Origin: Acidimicrobiales bacterium
Lineage (GTDB): Bacteria > Actinomycetota > Acidimicrobiia > Acidimicrobiales > JBOGIG01
Assembly: GCA_050742455.1 (NCBI GenBank)
Contig: JBOGIG010000076.1
Location: 20,204-84,203 of the forward strand
Direction: 5' to 3'
Length of the DNA: 64,000 bases
Shown here: positions 25,219 to 34,117 of the stretch, piece after piece
Layout: each line of letters begins with the position of its first letter
How positions within the stretch are numbered: the first letter of the stretch is position 1
Program-made: the position numbers and the translations under genes
The notes under the pieces: model-generated
Databases searched by the model: none
The model's input: the letters and a program-made list of their open reading frames with translations, nothing else
Told to the model about the DNA's origin: nothing

Positions 25219-25641
25219 TTGCCGGGGCCACGAGCGGTCGCTGATACGAACGTCTGGGTGGCCGCCGCAATCACGCCGGCCGGCGTATGCGGTCAGCTGC
25301 TCCAGGCGGTTATCGACGGCCGTTGGCATCCTGTGATCTCACCGCAGCTGGTCAACGAGCTGGAGGACGTGCTATCCCGCGCAAAGTTCCGGCGCTGGCT
25401 AACCCAGCAGGAGGCCGACAGGTTCGTCACCGACCTTAGGGTCCTCGCTGACGAGATCGACGATCCGCCGGCCATGGCCATCAGGCAGACCGCTGATCCC
25501 GATGACGAGTTCCTGTTAGCTCTGGCCGCCGCCGCCCGAGTCGAGGCACTGATCTCCGGTGACCCCCACCTCCTCAACCCGGAAGGCCTGGAGCCGCCCG
25601 TGGTGACCCCCGCAGCCTTCCTCGGCCGACTACAACGGTGA
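25219..25641 (+). CDS. PIN-domain toxin (putative toxin-antitoxin system toxin component, PIN family)
   Basis: AVADTNVWVAA...DPDDEFLLALAAAARVEALISGDPHLL, the typical acidic PIN residues. Confidence 0.8.
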   Translation: MPGPRAVADTNVWVAAAITPAGVCGQLLQAVIDGRWHPVISPQLVNELEDVLSRAKFRRWLTQQEADRFVTDLRVLADEIDDPPAMAIRQTADPDDEFLLALAAAARVEALISGDPHLLNPEGLEPPVVTPAAFLGRLQR

Positions 25642-25692
25642 CGACATGGGATCGCTGCGTAGCCAGACCGGTGACCGGCCGCCGCTTCGTCC

Positions 25693-26152
25693 GTGATCAG
25701 CATGACACGGTGGCATGCTGTCGACGTGGCGTCGGGATCACGTCGTCGCAGTCGACCCACGCCTACTGGAACCGCGTGGTTTGTCGTCGGGTATGCCGGT
25801 GTCGCCGGCTTCTTCGCCTTGGAGGCGCTGACCCGCAAGCCGGGGAATGCCTCCAGCCTGCACGCCGAGCCGCTGACCAGGGGACAACTCGCATGATCGC
25901 TGTCGCCTACGAGTTGGGCGCCGAGGTGCCCCTCCTACTGCGGCGCACCCCCTTGCCCGAGCTACCCCGCCTGGTAGCACCAGCAGGGCTGATCTTGCAG
26001 GCAACGGGCCTCGGATTGCGGGCCTGGTGGATGCGCTGCTTGGGCGAGTTCTATTGCCGAACCCTGCGGACCGATGGCTACTCCGCCGCGAGTTCCCCGG
26101 CTATGTCAACGACAGCGGCCGCACGAAGAAGTTCGTCCCGTTCGTCTGTTGA
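25693..26152 (+). pseudogene. Isoprenylcysteine carboxyl methyltransferase (ICMT)-family remnant with frameshifts and an internal deletion
   Basis: Family-like segments lie in three frames: FFALEALTRKPGNASSL; DQGTTRMIAVAYELG...GLRAWWMRCLGEFYCRTLRT; REFPGYVNDSGRTKKFVPFV. The central catalytic part is absent. Confidence 0.5.
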
Positions 26153-26260
26153 GGCCACGTCCCACACGTGGGCCGCCGCCCGGTCTAGCGGTCAGCCTCC
26201 GAGTCGAACGACTCCGCCACTTCTCGCGCTTGATGAGGCGCGGGCCTAGGCTGAGCGAGC

Positions 26261-26629
26261 ATGGAACTCCACGAGCCGACCCACGACTGGCCCCGTCCGG
26301 TAGTCCATTGGGAGATTGAGGCAACTGACCCCGAAAAGTTGAGGATGTTCTACTCCGACATGTTCCAATGGGACATCGGGGATGGGCCGATCAACCAGAT
26401 TGCACCGGGCATCGGAGGACCCGAACCCGGGCCCGGCGGCCACCTACGTCAGGGCGACCGCCCAGGGGTACGCCTCTACATTCAGGTGCGGGATCTGAGG
26501 TCGTCACTGGATCGGGCCACTTCTTTGGGCGCCGTGACAGTGGCCGAGCCCTTCGACGTCCCAGGCGGCCCGACGCTGGCTGCCATCGAGGACCCCGAGG
26601 GAAATCCCGTGGTCCTGGTTCAGCAATAG
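26261..26629 (+). CDS. VOC/glyoxalase-family protein
   Basis: 122 aa: VVHWEIEATDPEKLRMFYSDMFQW...YIQVRDL...GPTLAAIEDPEGNPVVLVQ, a typical VOC beta-alpha-beta-beta-beta pattern. Confidence 0.85.
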   Translation: MELHEPTHDWPRPVVHWEIEATDPEKLRMFYSDMFQWDIGDGPINQIAPGIGGPEPGPGGHLRQGDRPGVRLYIQVRDLRSSLDRATSLGAVTVAEPFDVPGGPTLAAIEDPEGNPVVLVQQ

Positions 26630-26687
26630 CCATGACAGGCCCATGGCCGGTCATGGGCACATGCCCATTCAGCGTCTGGCGTCCCAA

Positions 26688-26981
26688 TCAGTCGAGGGTA
26701 TCGTACGTCCGACGATCGACGGTCCCTGGTTCCATCGAGGCCATGAACTGGTGGAACAATCCGTCATCTGCTCCCAAGCGGGCCGACGAGACGGCATCGT
26801 CCTCGGATCGCCACAGGCTGACCACGGCCCACTCTCCCGACGCGCTCCGCATCGTTGTCCGGCGAAGGAAACCGGCGTGGTTGGGAATGAACTCGGTCTG
26901 CACCCGCCTGTCGAGTGCGAGGAAGTCCGTCTCATCCATCGCAACGCCGAGACGGAAGGTCAGGATCTCCATTGCAGCCAT
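26688..26981 (-). CDS. ABM (antibiotic biosynthesis monooxygenase)-like small protein
   Basis: Start at ATG 26981 (MAAMEILTFRLG...GFLRRTT..SASGEWAVVSLWRSEDDA), an ABM-like ferredoxin-fold pattern. Confidence 0.55.
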   Translation of the reverse strand: MAAMEILTFRLGVAMDETDFLALDRRVQTEFIPNHAGFLRRTTMRSASGEWAVVSLWRSEDDAVSSARLGADDGLFHQFMASMEPGTVDRRTYDTLD

Positions 26982-27039
26982 GGCCCCATCCTTGTCGAAG
27001 TAGCCAGCGGGTGACGACAGTCGAAGTTCAGGTCGCGGC

Positions 27040-28341
27040 GTGAGGACCGGGCTGCGCTTGTTGGCCTGCGCCACCGTGATCGGCATCGTGCTGGCCGGGT
27101 GTTCGTCCAAGGGGGCACTGGCCACAGGCAGCGACCCCAACGGTGTGGCCCGATCGGTAAACGTCAGTCACGATTACTCCGCCTTTTACCGAGTGGCGAG
27201 CCCGCTGCCCGCCGGAGCCCCGGGGAGCTTGATACGGGGCCAGGTCGTGACCGGAGTGCCAGGTGTCCCGGCCGGCGCCACGGCGTGGCGAATCCTGTAT
27301 CACTCGCGGTCCATCTACAACCGCGACATGGCCGTGTCCGGATACGTCATCGTTCCCTCTGGACCCGTCCCTCCCGGGGGACGGACAGTGGTGTCATGGA
27401 CTCATGGCACCACCGGGATAACACCGGAATGCAACCCTTCCCATTTCGACACAGGCGGGCCGAATCGCCCCTATCTTGTTCCCGATCTCGCCGCATTTTT
27501 GCGAGCCGGCTACATAGTCGCCGCCACCGACTATCCCGATCCGGGTGGCCTGCAGCCTTACCTGCTGGGAGAGTCCGAAGGTCGCAGCGTGCTCGATGCG
27601 ACCCGGGCATCCCACCATCTCCCTGCCGTGCATGCCAGTGCCACAACCCTGATCTATGGCCACTCCCAAGGGGGCCATGCCGCATTGTTCGCGGGTGAGA
27701 TCGCACCGACCTACGCCCCCGACCTCAAGATCGCCGGGGTCGTTGCCGCCGCACCGGCAACCAACCTGTCACTCATCCTGTCCCTCGTCGCCGGCCCCGC
27801 CGGGCAGGGCGCCCTGGCCTTCGAGATGTACGCGGCCTGGTCCTGGTCCCACACCTACAACGACTTGCCCGCGGCCGACTTCTTTACCCCGGCCGCATCG
27901 GCGCAAATGGGGGCCATCACCAGCGGGTGCCTGACCCACACCGTGAGCGTCATAGCCAAGGACCACCTGACTGTGTCCCAGGTCTTCGTGCCCAGCGCTG
28001 CCACCAACCCGGTCGTTGTGGCCCATGCTCGAATGAACGATCCGGGTCGCGTGCATACCGACGTGCCCATGCTCGTGGTGCAAGGAACCGCAGACACCAC
28101 AGTTCCCCCGGCTCTCACCGACCTATACGTCCAGAAGATGGCGTGCCCAATCGGGGACAAGATGGACTACCTCAAATTCCGCGGGGTCACACACGGGCAG
28201 ATCCCGACTGCGGCGGCCCCCACCATCCTGGCGTGGATGTCAGGCCGCCTTCACCCAGGGTCAGGCAGTCCCGTGACCTGCGGGCTACCGGGGGACGCTC
28301 GCACGGTTACACCAGGCAGCACGGTTACACCAGGCCACTGA
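27040..28341 (+). CDS. Secretory lipase family (alpha/beta hydrolase) lipoprotein
   Basis: Lipobox LLACATVIGIVLAGCSS, nucleophile elbow YGHSQGGHAALFAGE, and LIP-family-like architecture. Confidence 0.8.
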   Translation: MRTGLRLLACATVIGIVLAGCSSKGALATGSDPNGVARSVNVSHDYSAFYRVASPLPAGAPGSLIRGQVVTGVPGVPAGATAWRILYHSRSIYNRDMAVSGYVIVPSGPVPPGGRTVVSWTHGTTGITPECNPSHFDTGGPNRPYLVPDLAAFLRAGYIVAATDYPDPGGLQPYLLGESEGRSVLDATRASHHLPAVHASATTLIYGHSQGGHAALFAGEIAPTYAPDLKIAGVVAAAPATNLSLILSLVAGPAGQGALAFEMYAAWSWSHTYNDLPAADFFTPAASAQMGAITSGCLTHTVSVIAKDHLTVSQVFVPSAATNPVVVAHARMNDPGRVHTDVPMLVVQGTADTTVPPALTDLYVQKMACPIGDKMDYLKFRGVTHGQIPTAAAPTILAWMSGRLHPGSGSPVTCGLPGDARTVTPGSTVTPGH

Positions 28342-28506
28342 CCACGCTCAGCAACGTCTCAGGGGATAACGGTCATAATTTGGGAAAGGTAAGGCAGAAC
28401 GAGATTCCGCCACCACGGGGGGACTCCGGCGAACCTTCGGAGGCAATGAAAACTCCAACTCCGCTGATGCAAACGACCAAATATTGAACAACCAAATGAC
28501 GAACAG

Positions 28507-29817
28507 TTGACTTCCATTCCTGATCTGGCCGAACGTGACACCGTGGTGGGTACCTCCTCAACTGTCGCGACCAGAAACAGGCACTCCCTGAAGCGGTCGA
28601 ACCGCAGTCGCCGTTCCGATTCAGACCGCGCCACCACTGCCCAACGTCGGCACGTATTGCGATGGTGCGCCATCATCGTCCTCACCCCAATCCTGACCCT
28701 GGCCAGTTGGTCAGTGGTGGGCACGCTGTCCATGCCCGGTCACGATCCGCTCTCGGTGCGCTGGGTCGAATGGGTGAGAGGCCATGGCGGCTCGGGCGTG
28801 GTCCAACTTGCCGAGCAGTTCTGGTACTCCCACCACCAGCCGAGCACCCACGGCCGACCGGCTCCGGGACTCATCAAGCCGGTTGCCCCCAAGGGTCTGG
28901 TGGCCGCTCGCAGCGGTCATCTCGCCACCCCGCTTCCCGTGACTCCGCCCATCTCGCCCCCCATCGCCGGCGAAGGCGTATGGCGGCCGGCCGGGCGGAC
29001 GGTCAACGGTCTGCCGGCCATCTATACGACGACCTTGCGACCCGACCCCCAACACCCCAGCGTGGTGAGCGCCCTGGCCTGGATCGACCAGACCCTGGTC
29101 TCGGCCCAACTTTATGCCGGGGCATCAGAGCCAGGAGGATCGGGTTGGAAGTACACGTCCCCGATCCCCAATGCGCAGCGACCATCCCTGGTTGCCGCCT
29201 TCAATTCGGGCTTTCGCCTCGGCGACTCCCATGGTGGTTACTATTCCGAGTCCAGGATGGTAAAACCACTGGTACCGGGTACTGCCTCATTGGTGATCGA
29301 CAAGAATGGGACCGCTACGGTCGGCCAATGGGGAAGAGACGTGTCCATGAGCTCCTCGGTCTCATCCGTCCGCCAAAATCTTTACCTGATAGTCGACAAC
29401 GGGACCGTGGTGCCGGGACTGGCCAACGGCACTATCAAGAGGTGGGGGGCAACGGTGGGCAACAAGTTGTACGTGTGGCGATCGGGGGTCGGAATCACCG
29501 CCGGCGGAGCCCTGGTGTACGCCGCCGGGCCCGATCTGAGCATCTCGACCTTGGCCGACTCCCTGGCCCGGGCTGGCGCGGTGCGGGCCATGGAGCTCGA
29601 TATAAACACAGACTGGGTCAACTTCTATTCCTTTAACCAGGCTCCAGGCCAGCCGGCCAGCGCATCTAACGGCGCCAAGTTGCTTCCGGGTATGCACCGG
29701 GGAGTGGATCGCTACTTTCTGACCGATTCACGCGACTTCATCGCTCTTTCAGCTCGCGACAACGTCGGGTCAACGCCGGCCGGCGGGGCGGGCCACCGAC
29801 CGGGAATATTCCCGTGA
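28507..29817 (+). CDS. Membrane-anchored phosphodiester glycosidase (NAGPA/DUF2233) family protein
   Basis: N-terminal basic region plus TM segment (WCAIIVLTPILTLA), then AAFNSGFRL, GGYY, ALVYAAGP and ELDINTDWVNFY motifs. The stop overlaps the next gene (GTGA). The exact start is uncertain. Confidence 0.7.
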   Translation: MTSIPDLAERDTVVGTSSTVATRNRHSLKRSNRSRRSDSDRATTAQRRHVLRWCAIIVLTPILTLASWSVVGTLSMPGHDPLSVRWVEWVRGHGGSGVVQLAEQFWYSHHQPSTHGRPAPGLIKPVAPKGLVAARSGHLATPLPVTPPISPPIAGEGVWRPAGRTVNGLPAIYTTTLRPDPQHPSVVSALAWIDQTLVSAQLYAGASEPGGSGWKYTSPIPNAQRPSLVAAFNSGFRLGDSHGGYYSESRMVKPLVPGTASLVIDKNGTATVGQWGRDVSMSSSVSSVRQNLYLIVDNGTVVPGLANGTIKRWGATVGNKLYVWRSGVGITAGGALVYAAGPDLSISTLADSLARAGAVRAMELDINTDWVNFYSFNQAPGQPASASNGAKLLPGMHRGVDRYFLTDSRDFIALSARDNVGSTPAGGAGHRPGIFP

Positions 29818-30788
29818 CCCTGACCCCCGTCACCCCGAGCCCCGTGGCGAGGCCCCCGGCGCTCGGTGTCTCGGCCGTCGCCAATCCGCCGGCGACGCTT
29901 CAACCCGGTGGGTTCTCCCAAGTCCGGGGTCTGCTCATTGCCGCCCGCCCGCGCCAATGGGTAAAGAACCTGTTGGTGCTGGCTGCGCCGGTCCTGGCCG
30001 GGGTGGCCCTTCATCCCGGCCCACTCATGGCCTCCATTGGGGCGGTCTTGGCCTTCACCCTGGCCGCATCGGGCACCTATCTGATCAACGATGCCCGGGA
30101 CGTGGCCGCCGATCGACTCCATCCGGTCAAGCGAACCCGCCCCGTGGCTGCCGGGGTCGTCTCGGCGCGCATGGCCAGCTTTTCCGGCTTGGGGGCCCTG
30201 GCGATGGGATTGGGCCTGGGCCTGGCCATAGCCCCCATGCTGGGCCTGGTCATCGCCATCTACGGCGTCGTCTCCGTTAGCTACAGCGTTTGGCTCAAGC
30301 ACCTGGCCATCGTGGAACTGGCCATCGTGGTGTCGGGATTCATTCTTCGCACCTGGGCCGGGGCCGAAGCGGGCCGGGTCGGGCTCTCGAACAAATTCCT
30401 GGCCGTGGCCTGCGCCGGCTCGCTCTTTGTCGTGGTGGGAAAGCGATCGGCAGAACAGATCCAACTGGGCGCCCTGGCCGGCCAACACCGGCGTTCGCTG
30501 GCCGCCTACTCACCCCGCTTCCTGACCTGGTTGCGCCTGTCCGCCCTGTTCCTCACCATCGCCGCCTACGCCGCCTGGGCTGTGCTCAAGGTCACCCCGT
30601 CCGGTCACTCGCCCGTCTGGTTCGATCTTTCCCTCCTCCCCTTCCTGGCCGCCCTGGTCCGCTATGAATCCTGCGCCAGCAGTGGGAGGGGCGGCTCACC
30701 TGAGGAGATCATGCTGAGCGACCGATGGTTCGGCGTCTTCGGAGTGGCTTGGGCCTTCACGGTGCTCATGGGCCTGTATGGCCCTTGA
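29814..30788 (+). CDS. Decaprenyl-phosphate phosphoribosyltransferase (UbiA-superfamily DPPR synthase)
   Basis: RPRQWVKNLLVLAAPVLAG and YLINDARDVAADRLHPVKRTRPVAAGVV, matching the Rv3806c-type signature. Confidence 0.85.
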   Translation: MTLTPVTPSPVARPPALGVSAVANPPATLQPGGFSQVRGLLIAARPRQWVKNLLVLAAPVLAGVALHPGPLMASIGAVLAFTLAASGTYLINDARDVAADRLHPVKRTRPVAAGVVSARMASFSGLGALAMGLGLGLAIAPMLGLVIAIYGVVSVSYSVWLKHLAIVELAIVVSGFILRTWAGAEAGRVGLSNKFLAVACAGSLFVVVGKRSAEQIQLGALAGQHRRSLAAYSPRFLTWLRLSALFLTIAAYAAWAVLKVTPSGHSPVWFDLSLLPFLAALVRYESCASSGRGGSPEEIMLSDRWFGVFGVAWAFTVLMGLYGP

Positions 30789-32250
30789 GGTCCTCCAGGG
30801 TTGGGGGCACGTCACGGCCAGTGGGTCAAGGGTCTCGCGCCCGGTCGGCACCCAAGGGGCATCAGCGGTGGAGGATGCCATCAGGCGTAGCGGGGGGCGG
30901 GGCATCCTGGTTCGGGGCATGGGGCGAAGTTACGGCGACGCCGCTCAGTTGGCCGGGGGTGACGTCGTTGAGCTTTCGCAGGTTTCCCGGCTGGTCCGAA
31001 TAGACGACGAGGCGGCAACGGTCAGAGCCGGGGGCGGGGTCACGATCGACCACCTGCTCCGCCTCTTGGTGCCTCGAGGCTGGTTTCTGCCGGTCACCCC
31101 GGGGACACGCCATGTGAGCTTGGGCGGGGCCATCGCCGCCGACGTGCACGGCAAGAACCACCATGCCGACGGCAGCATCGGGAGCCACCTCAAGACCATC
31201 GAACTTGTGTCGCCCACCGGTCGGCACACGCTATTCCCCCAAGGCCCCAGTGCCGACGTCTTTTGGGCAACGGTGGGCGGCATGGGATTGACCGGCGCCA
31301 TCATCGAGGCCGAACTGGGTCTGATCCCTATCGAGGCCGCCTCCATGACGGTTCGTACCGAGCGCCTCGACGATCTCGACGACCTCCTGGGAGCCATGGC
31401 TGCCAGGAGTTCGGCGCACCGCTATTCGGTGGCGTGGTTGGACACTTTGGCACCCGGCGCCCGGCTGGGACGATCTCTTCTTTCCCTGGGCCATCACAGC
31501 ACCCAAGCCGAAGTGAAGGCCTTGGCCAGGGGATTGGTCCGGGCGAAACACTCCCAGCCCGAGCGATCATCGTCGTGGCAGGCGCCCCCATCATTGTCGT
31601 GGCAGGCGCCTACCAGCCTGCCGGTCCCCCGTCTCCCCGATCGACTTCTCAACGCCAGCTCGGCACGGGTTCTCAACGCCTGGCGCTTCCGTCGAACGCC
31701 AACCGGCCCTGATCCCAAGCTGGCATCGCTGAATGCCTTCTTCTATCCCCTCGATGCTCTGTCCAATTGGTTTCGCCTCTACGGACGGCGCGGCCTCCTC
31801 CAGTACCAGTTCGTGGTGCCCTTCGGGGCAGAGTCGGTGGTTCAGGATTGCCTGGAACAATTAGGTGGTGATGAGTTCCCGATATTTCTGGCCGTGCTCA
31901 AGACGATGGGGCCGCGGGACCTGGCACCCTTGTCATTTCCCGGACCGGGCTGGACACTGGCCTTGGACCTGGCCGGCGGCAATCCTGATCTGGGGCCGGT
32001 GCTGGATCGGATGGACCAGAGGGTGGCCGAGGCGGGTGGCCGCGTCTATTTGGCCAAGGATTGCCGTATGAGACCCGATTTGGTGTCTGCCATGTACCCA
32101 GGACTGGACCAGTGGAGAAGGACTCGGGCCGTGGTCGACCCCCTGGGGTTGTTTCGATCCGACCTGGCCCATCGCTTGGGCCTGGTTCCCGGCCCCACCC
32201 CCGAACCGCTGGATCACCCCCTGGGCGGAGATGGGAAGATGCGCCGATGA
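30778..32250 (+). CDS. dprE1: Decaprenylphosphoryl-beta-D-ribose 2'-oxidase (FAD-dependent)
   Basis: GWGHV..., VRGMGRSYGDAAQ, APLSFPGPGW and GGRVYLAKDCRM align with DprE1. It carries an extra SWQAP repeat insertion and overlaps both flanking genes. Confidence 0.85.
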   Translation: MALEVLQGWGHVTASGSRVSRPVGTQGASAVEDAIRRSGGRGILVRGMGRSYGDAAQLAGGDVVELSQVSRLVRIDDEAATVRAGGGVTIDHLLRLLVPRGWFLPVTPGTRHVSLGGAIAADVHGKNHHADGSIGSHLKTIELVSPTGRHTLFPQGPSADVFWATVGGMGLTGAIIEAELGLIPIEAASMTVRTERLDDLDDLLGAMAARSSAHRYSVAWLDTLAPGARLGRSLLSLGHHSTQAEVKALARGLVRAKHSQPERSSSWQAPPSLSWQAPTSLPVPRLPDRLLNASSARVLNAWRFRRTPTGPDPKLASLNAFFYPLDALSNWFRLYGRRGLLQYQFVVPFGAESVVQDCLEQLGGDEFPIFLAVLKTMGPRDLAPLSFPGPGWTLALDLAGGNPDLGPVLDRMDQRVAEAGGRVYLAKDCRMRPDLVSAMYPGLDQWRRTRAVVDPLGLFRSDLAHRLGLVPGPTPEPLDHPLGGDGKMRR

Positions 32251-33017
32251 ACGATGCCTTGGGCCATCCCCAGTCGGTATTGATTCTGGGCGGATCCTCC
32301 GACATCGGTCGGGCTCTTTTGCGGGTGCTCATTCCCCGGCGAACCAGGACCGTCATCCTTGCCGGGCGCGGAGTCGGGAGCGGGGGCGAGCTGGACCAGG
32401 CCGCCCAAGAAGCACGCCAACTGGGAGCCCATGCTGTAACCACGGTGGAATGGGACGCCACCGATGTCGAGCGCCACGCCTTGATTCTCGGCGAGATCCT
32501 GGGCCGGCACGACATCGACCTGGTGCTGATGGCCGTGGGCCGCCTCGGTCATCAAGAAACGGTGGAAATGCACCCTTCCCAGGCCCATGACCTGATCGAC
32601 GTTAATTTTGCCGGTCCGGCCGTGTCCTGCCTCATCGTGGCCAATGCCCTGAGGGCTCAGGGTCATGGCATCCTGGTCGTGCTGTCCTCGGTGGCCGGCG
32701 AAGTGGTGCGCCGGGATAACTTCGTCTACGGGTCGGCCAAGGCCGGGCTGGACGGGTTCGCCCTGGGACTGGGGGACTCACTGCGCCACTCCGGGGCCAG
32801 GGTCATGGTGGTGCGGCCGGGCTTCGTCCATACCCGCATGACAGCCGGGTTGGCCCCGGCCCCCATGTCCATCACAGCCGACGAACTGGCCCGCCACATC
32901 CTGGCCGGGCTGAGTCGGCGCCGGGTCGTCGTATGGGCTCCGCCCCGGCTGCGAGGGGTGATGAGCGTACTTCGACACCTGCCCCGCCGACTGCTCGCGC
33001 TCATCCCCCATCAGTAG
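32247..33017 (+). CDS. dprE2: Decaprenylphosphoryl-2-keto-ribose reductase (SDR family)
   Basis: ATG 32247 overlaps the dprE1 stop (ATGA). VLILGGSSDIGRAL (NAD-binding) and the YGSAKAG catalytic motif are present. Confidence 0.85.
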   Translation: MNDALGHPQSVLILGGSSDIGRALLRVLIPRRTRTVILAGRGVGSGGELDQAAQEARQLGAHAVTTVEWDATDVERHALILGEILGRHDIDLVLMAVGRLGHQETVEMHPSQAHDLIDVNFAGPAVSCLIVANALRAQGHGILVVLSSVAGEVVRRDNFVYGSAKAGLDGFALGLGDSLRHSGARVMVVRPGFVHTRMTAGLAPAPMSITADELARHILAGLSRRRVVVWAPPRLRGVMSVLRHLPRRLLALIPHQ

Positions 33018-33119
33018 CCTCCCCGCGACCGGCCCGGGGGGAATAGTTGAGACCTCAATTATGTTGACCGAAAGGCCGCCGCTTCAACCTGAGGCGGCCC
33101 AGAATAGACAGGAGGCTCG

Positions 33120-34115
33120 ATGCCAGCCGTAACCGCTGATCCTTTGACCCTTCCCAAGATCGATCGTCCCGGACCTGATGCCATCCAGCGACAGGTGCGC
33201 TCGCTGACCACCGCGCCTCGTGGGTTCGAGGGTGAAGGCTTCCCGGTGCGTCGGGCCTTCGCCGGGATCGATCTGGCCAGCCTGGACCCGTTCGTGCACA
33301 TGGACCAGATGGGAGAAGTCGACTACGCCCCAGGTGAACCCAAGGGGACAGCTTGGCACCCGCACAGGGGCTTCGAGACGGTCACCTACATGATCGACGG
33401 GACTTTCGCCCATCGGGACTCCAATGGGGGTGGCGGCCTCATAACCAACGGCGACACCCAGTGGATGACAGCCGGTTCCGGCATCTTGCACATCGAGGCC
33501 CCCCCGGAGGCCCTGGTGGTCTCGGGAGGCTTGTTCCACGGGATCCAGCTTTGGGTCAACCTGCCTGCCGCCAACAAGTGGAGCGCTCCCCGGTATCAGG
33601 ACCTGCGGGGCAACACCGCAGGACTGGTGGCCTCACCCGATGGGGGAGGCCTGGTGCGCATCATTTCGGGCCAGGTGTCGGGTCACGCCGGTCCGGGATC
33701 GACCTTCACCCCCATCACCTTGGTGCACGCCACCCTGAGCCCTGGGGCCGGGTTGGAGCTGGCATGGAACCCTGCCTTCAATGCCTTGGCCTACGTCTTG
33801 GTCGGGGACGGAACCGCCGGAATACCCAAGCGTCCGATCCGATCCGGGCAGCTGGCCGTGTTCGGTCCGGGCGACGCCATCACCGTGGGGGCCGACACCA
33901 GCCAGACCGACCATGCCCCCAATCTGGAGCTCTTGTTACTGGGTGGAAAGCCCATCAGGGAGCCGGTGGCCCACTACGGACCATTCGTCATGAACACTCG
34001 GGCCGAGCTGCAAGAGGCATTCGAGGACTACCAAGCCGGACGCTTGGGTGTGATCCCGGATTTGTCCAGCCCAATCGAGCCCAATCGATCCCGACCGGGC
34101 CTGCCGCCCACGTAG
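33120..34115 (+). CDS. Pirin family protein
   Basis: HPHRGFETVTYMIDG..H.DS.G cupin metal-binding motif; 331 aa. Confidence 0.9.
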   Translation: MPAVTADPLTLPKIDRPGPDAIQRQVRSLTTAPRGFEGEGFPVRRAFAGIDLASLDPFVHMDQMGEVDYAPGEPKGTAWHPHRGFETVTYMIDGTFAHRDSNGGGGLITNGDTQWMTAGSGILHIEAPPEALVVSGGLFHGIQLWVNLPAANKWSAPRYQDLRGNTAGLVASPDGGGLVRIISGQVSGHAGPGSTFTPITLVHATLSPGAGLELAWNPAFNALAYVLVGDGTAGIPKRPIRSGQLAVFGPGDAITVGADTSQTDHAPNLELLLLGGKPIREPVAHYGPFVMNTRAELQEAFEDYQAGRLGVIPDLSSPIEPNRSRPGLPPT

Positions 34116-34117
34116 GG

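Noticed and set aside
28342-28506. Visibly AT-richer 165-bp spacer before the phosphodiester glycosidase gene, considered as an sRNA or riboswitch
   Set aside because: I could not recognise a conserved riboswitch core or a stable terminator. It is most simply a promoter/leader region or an island boundary.
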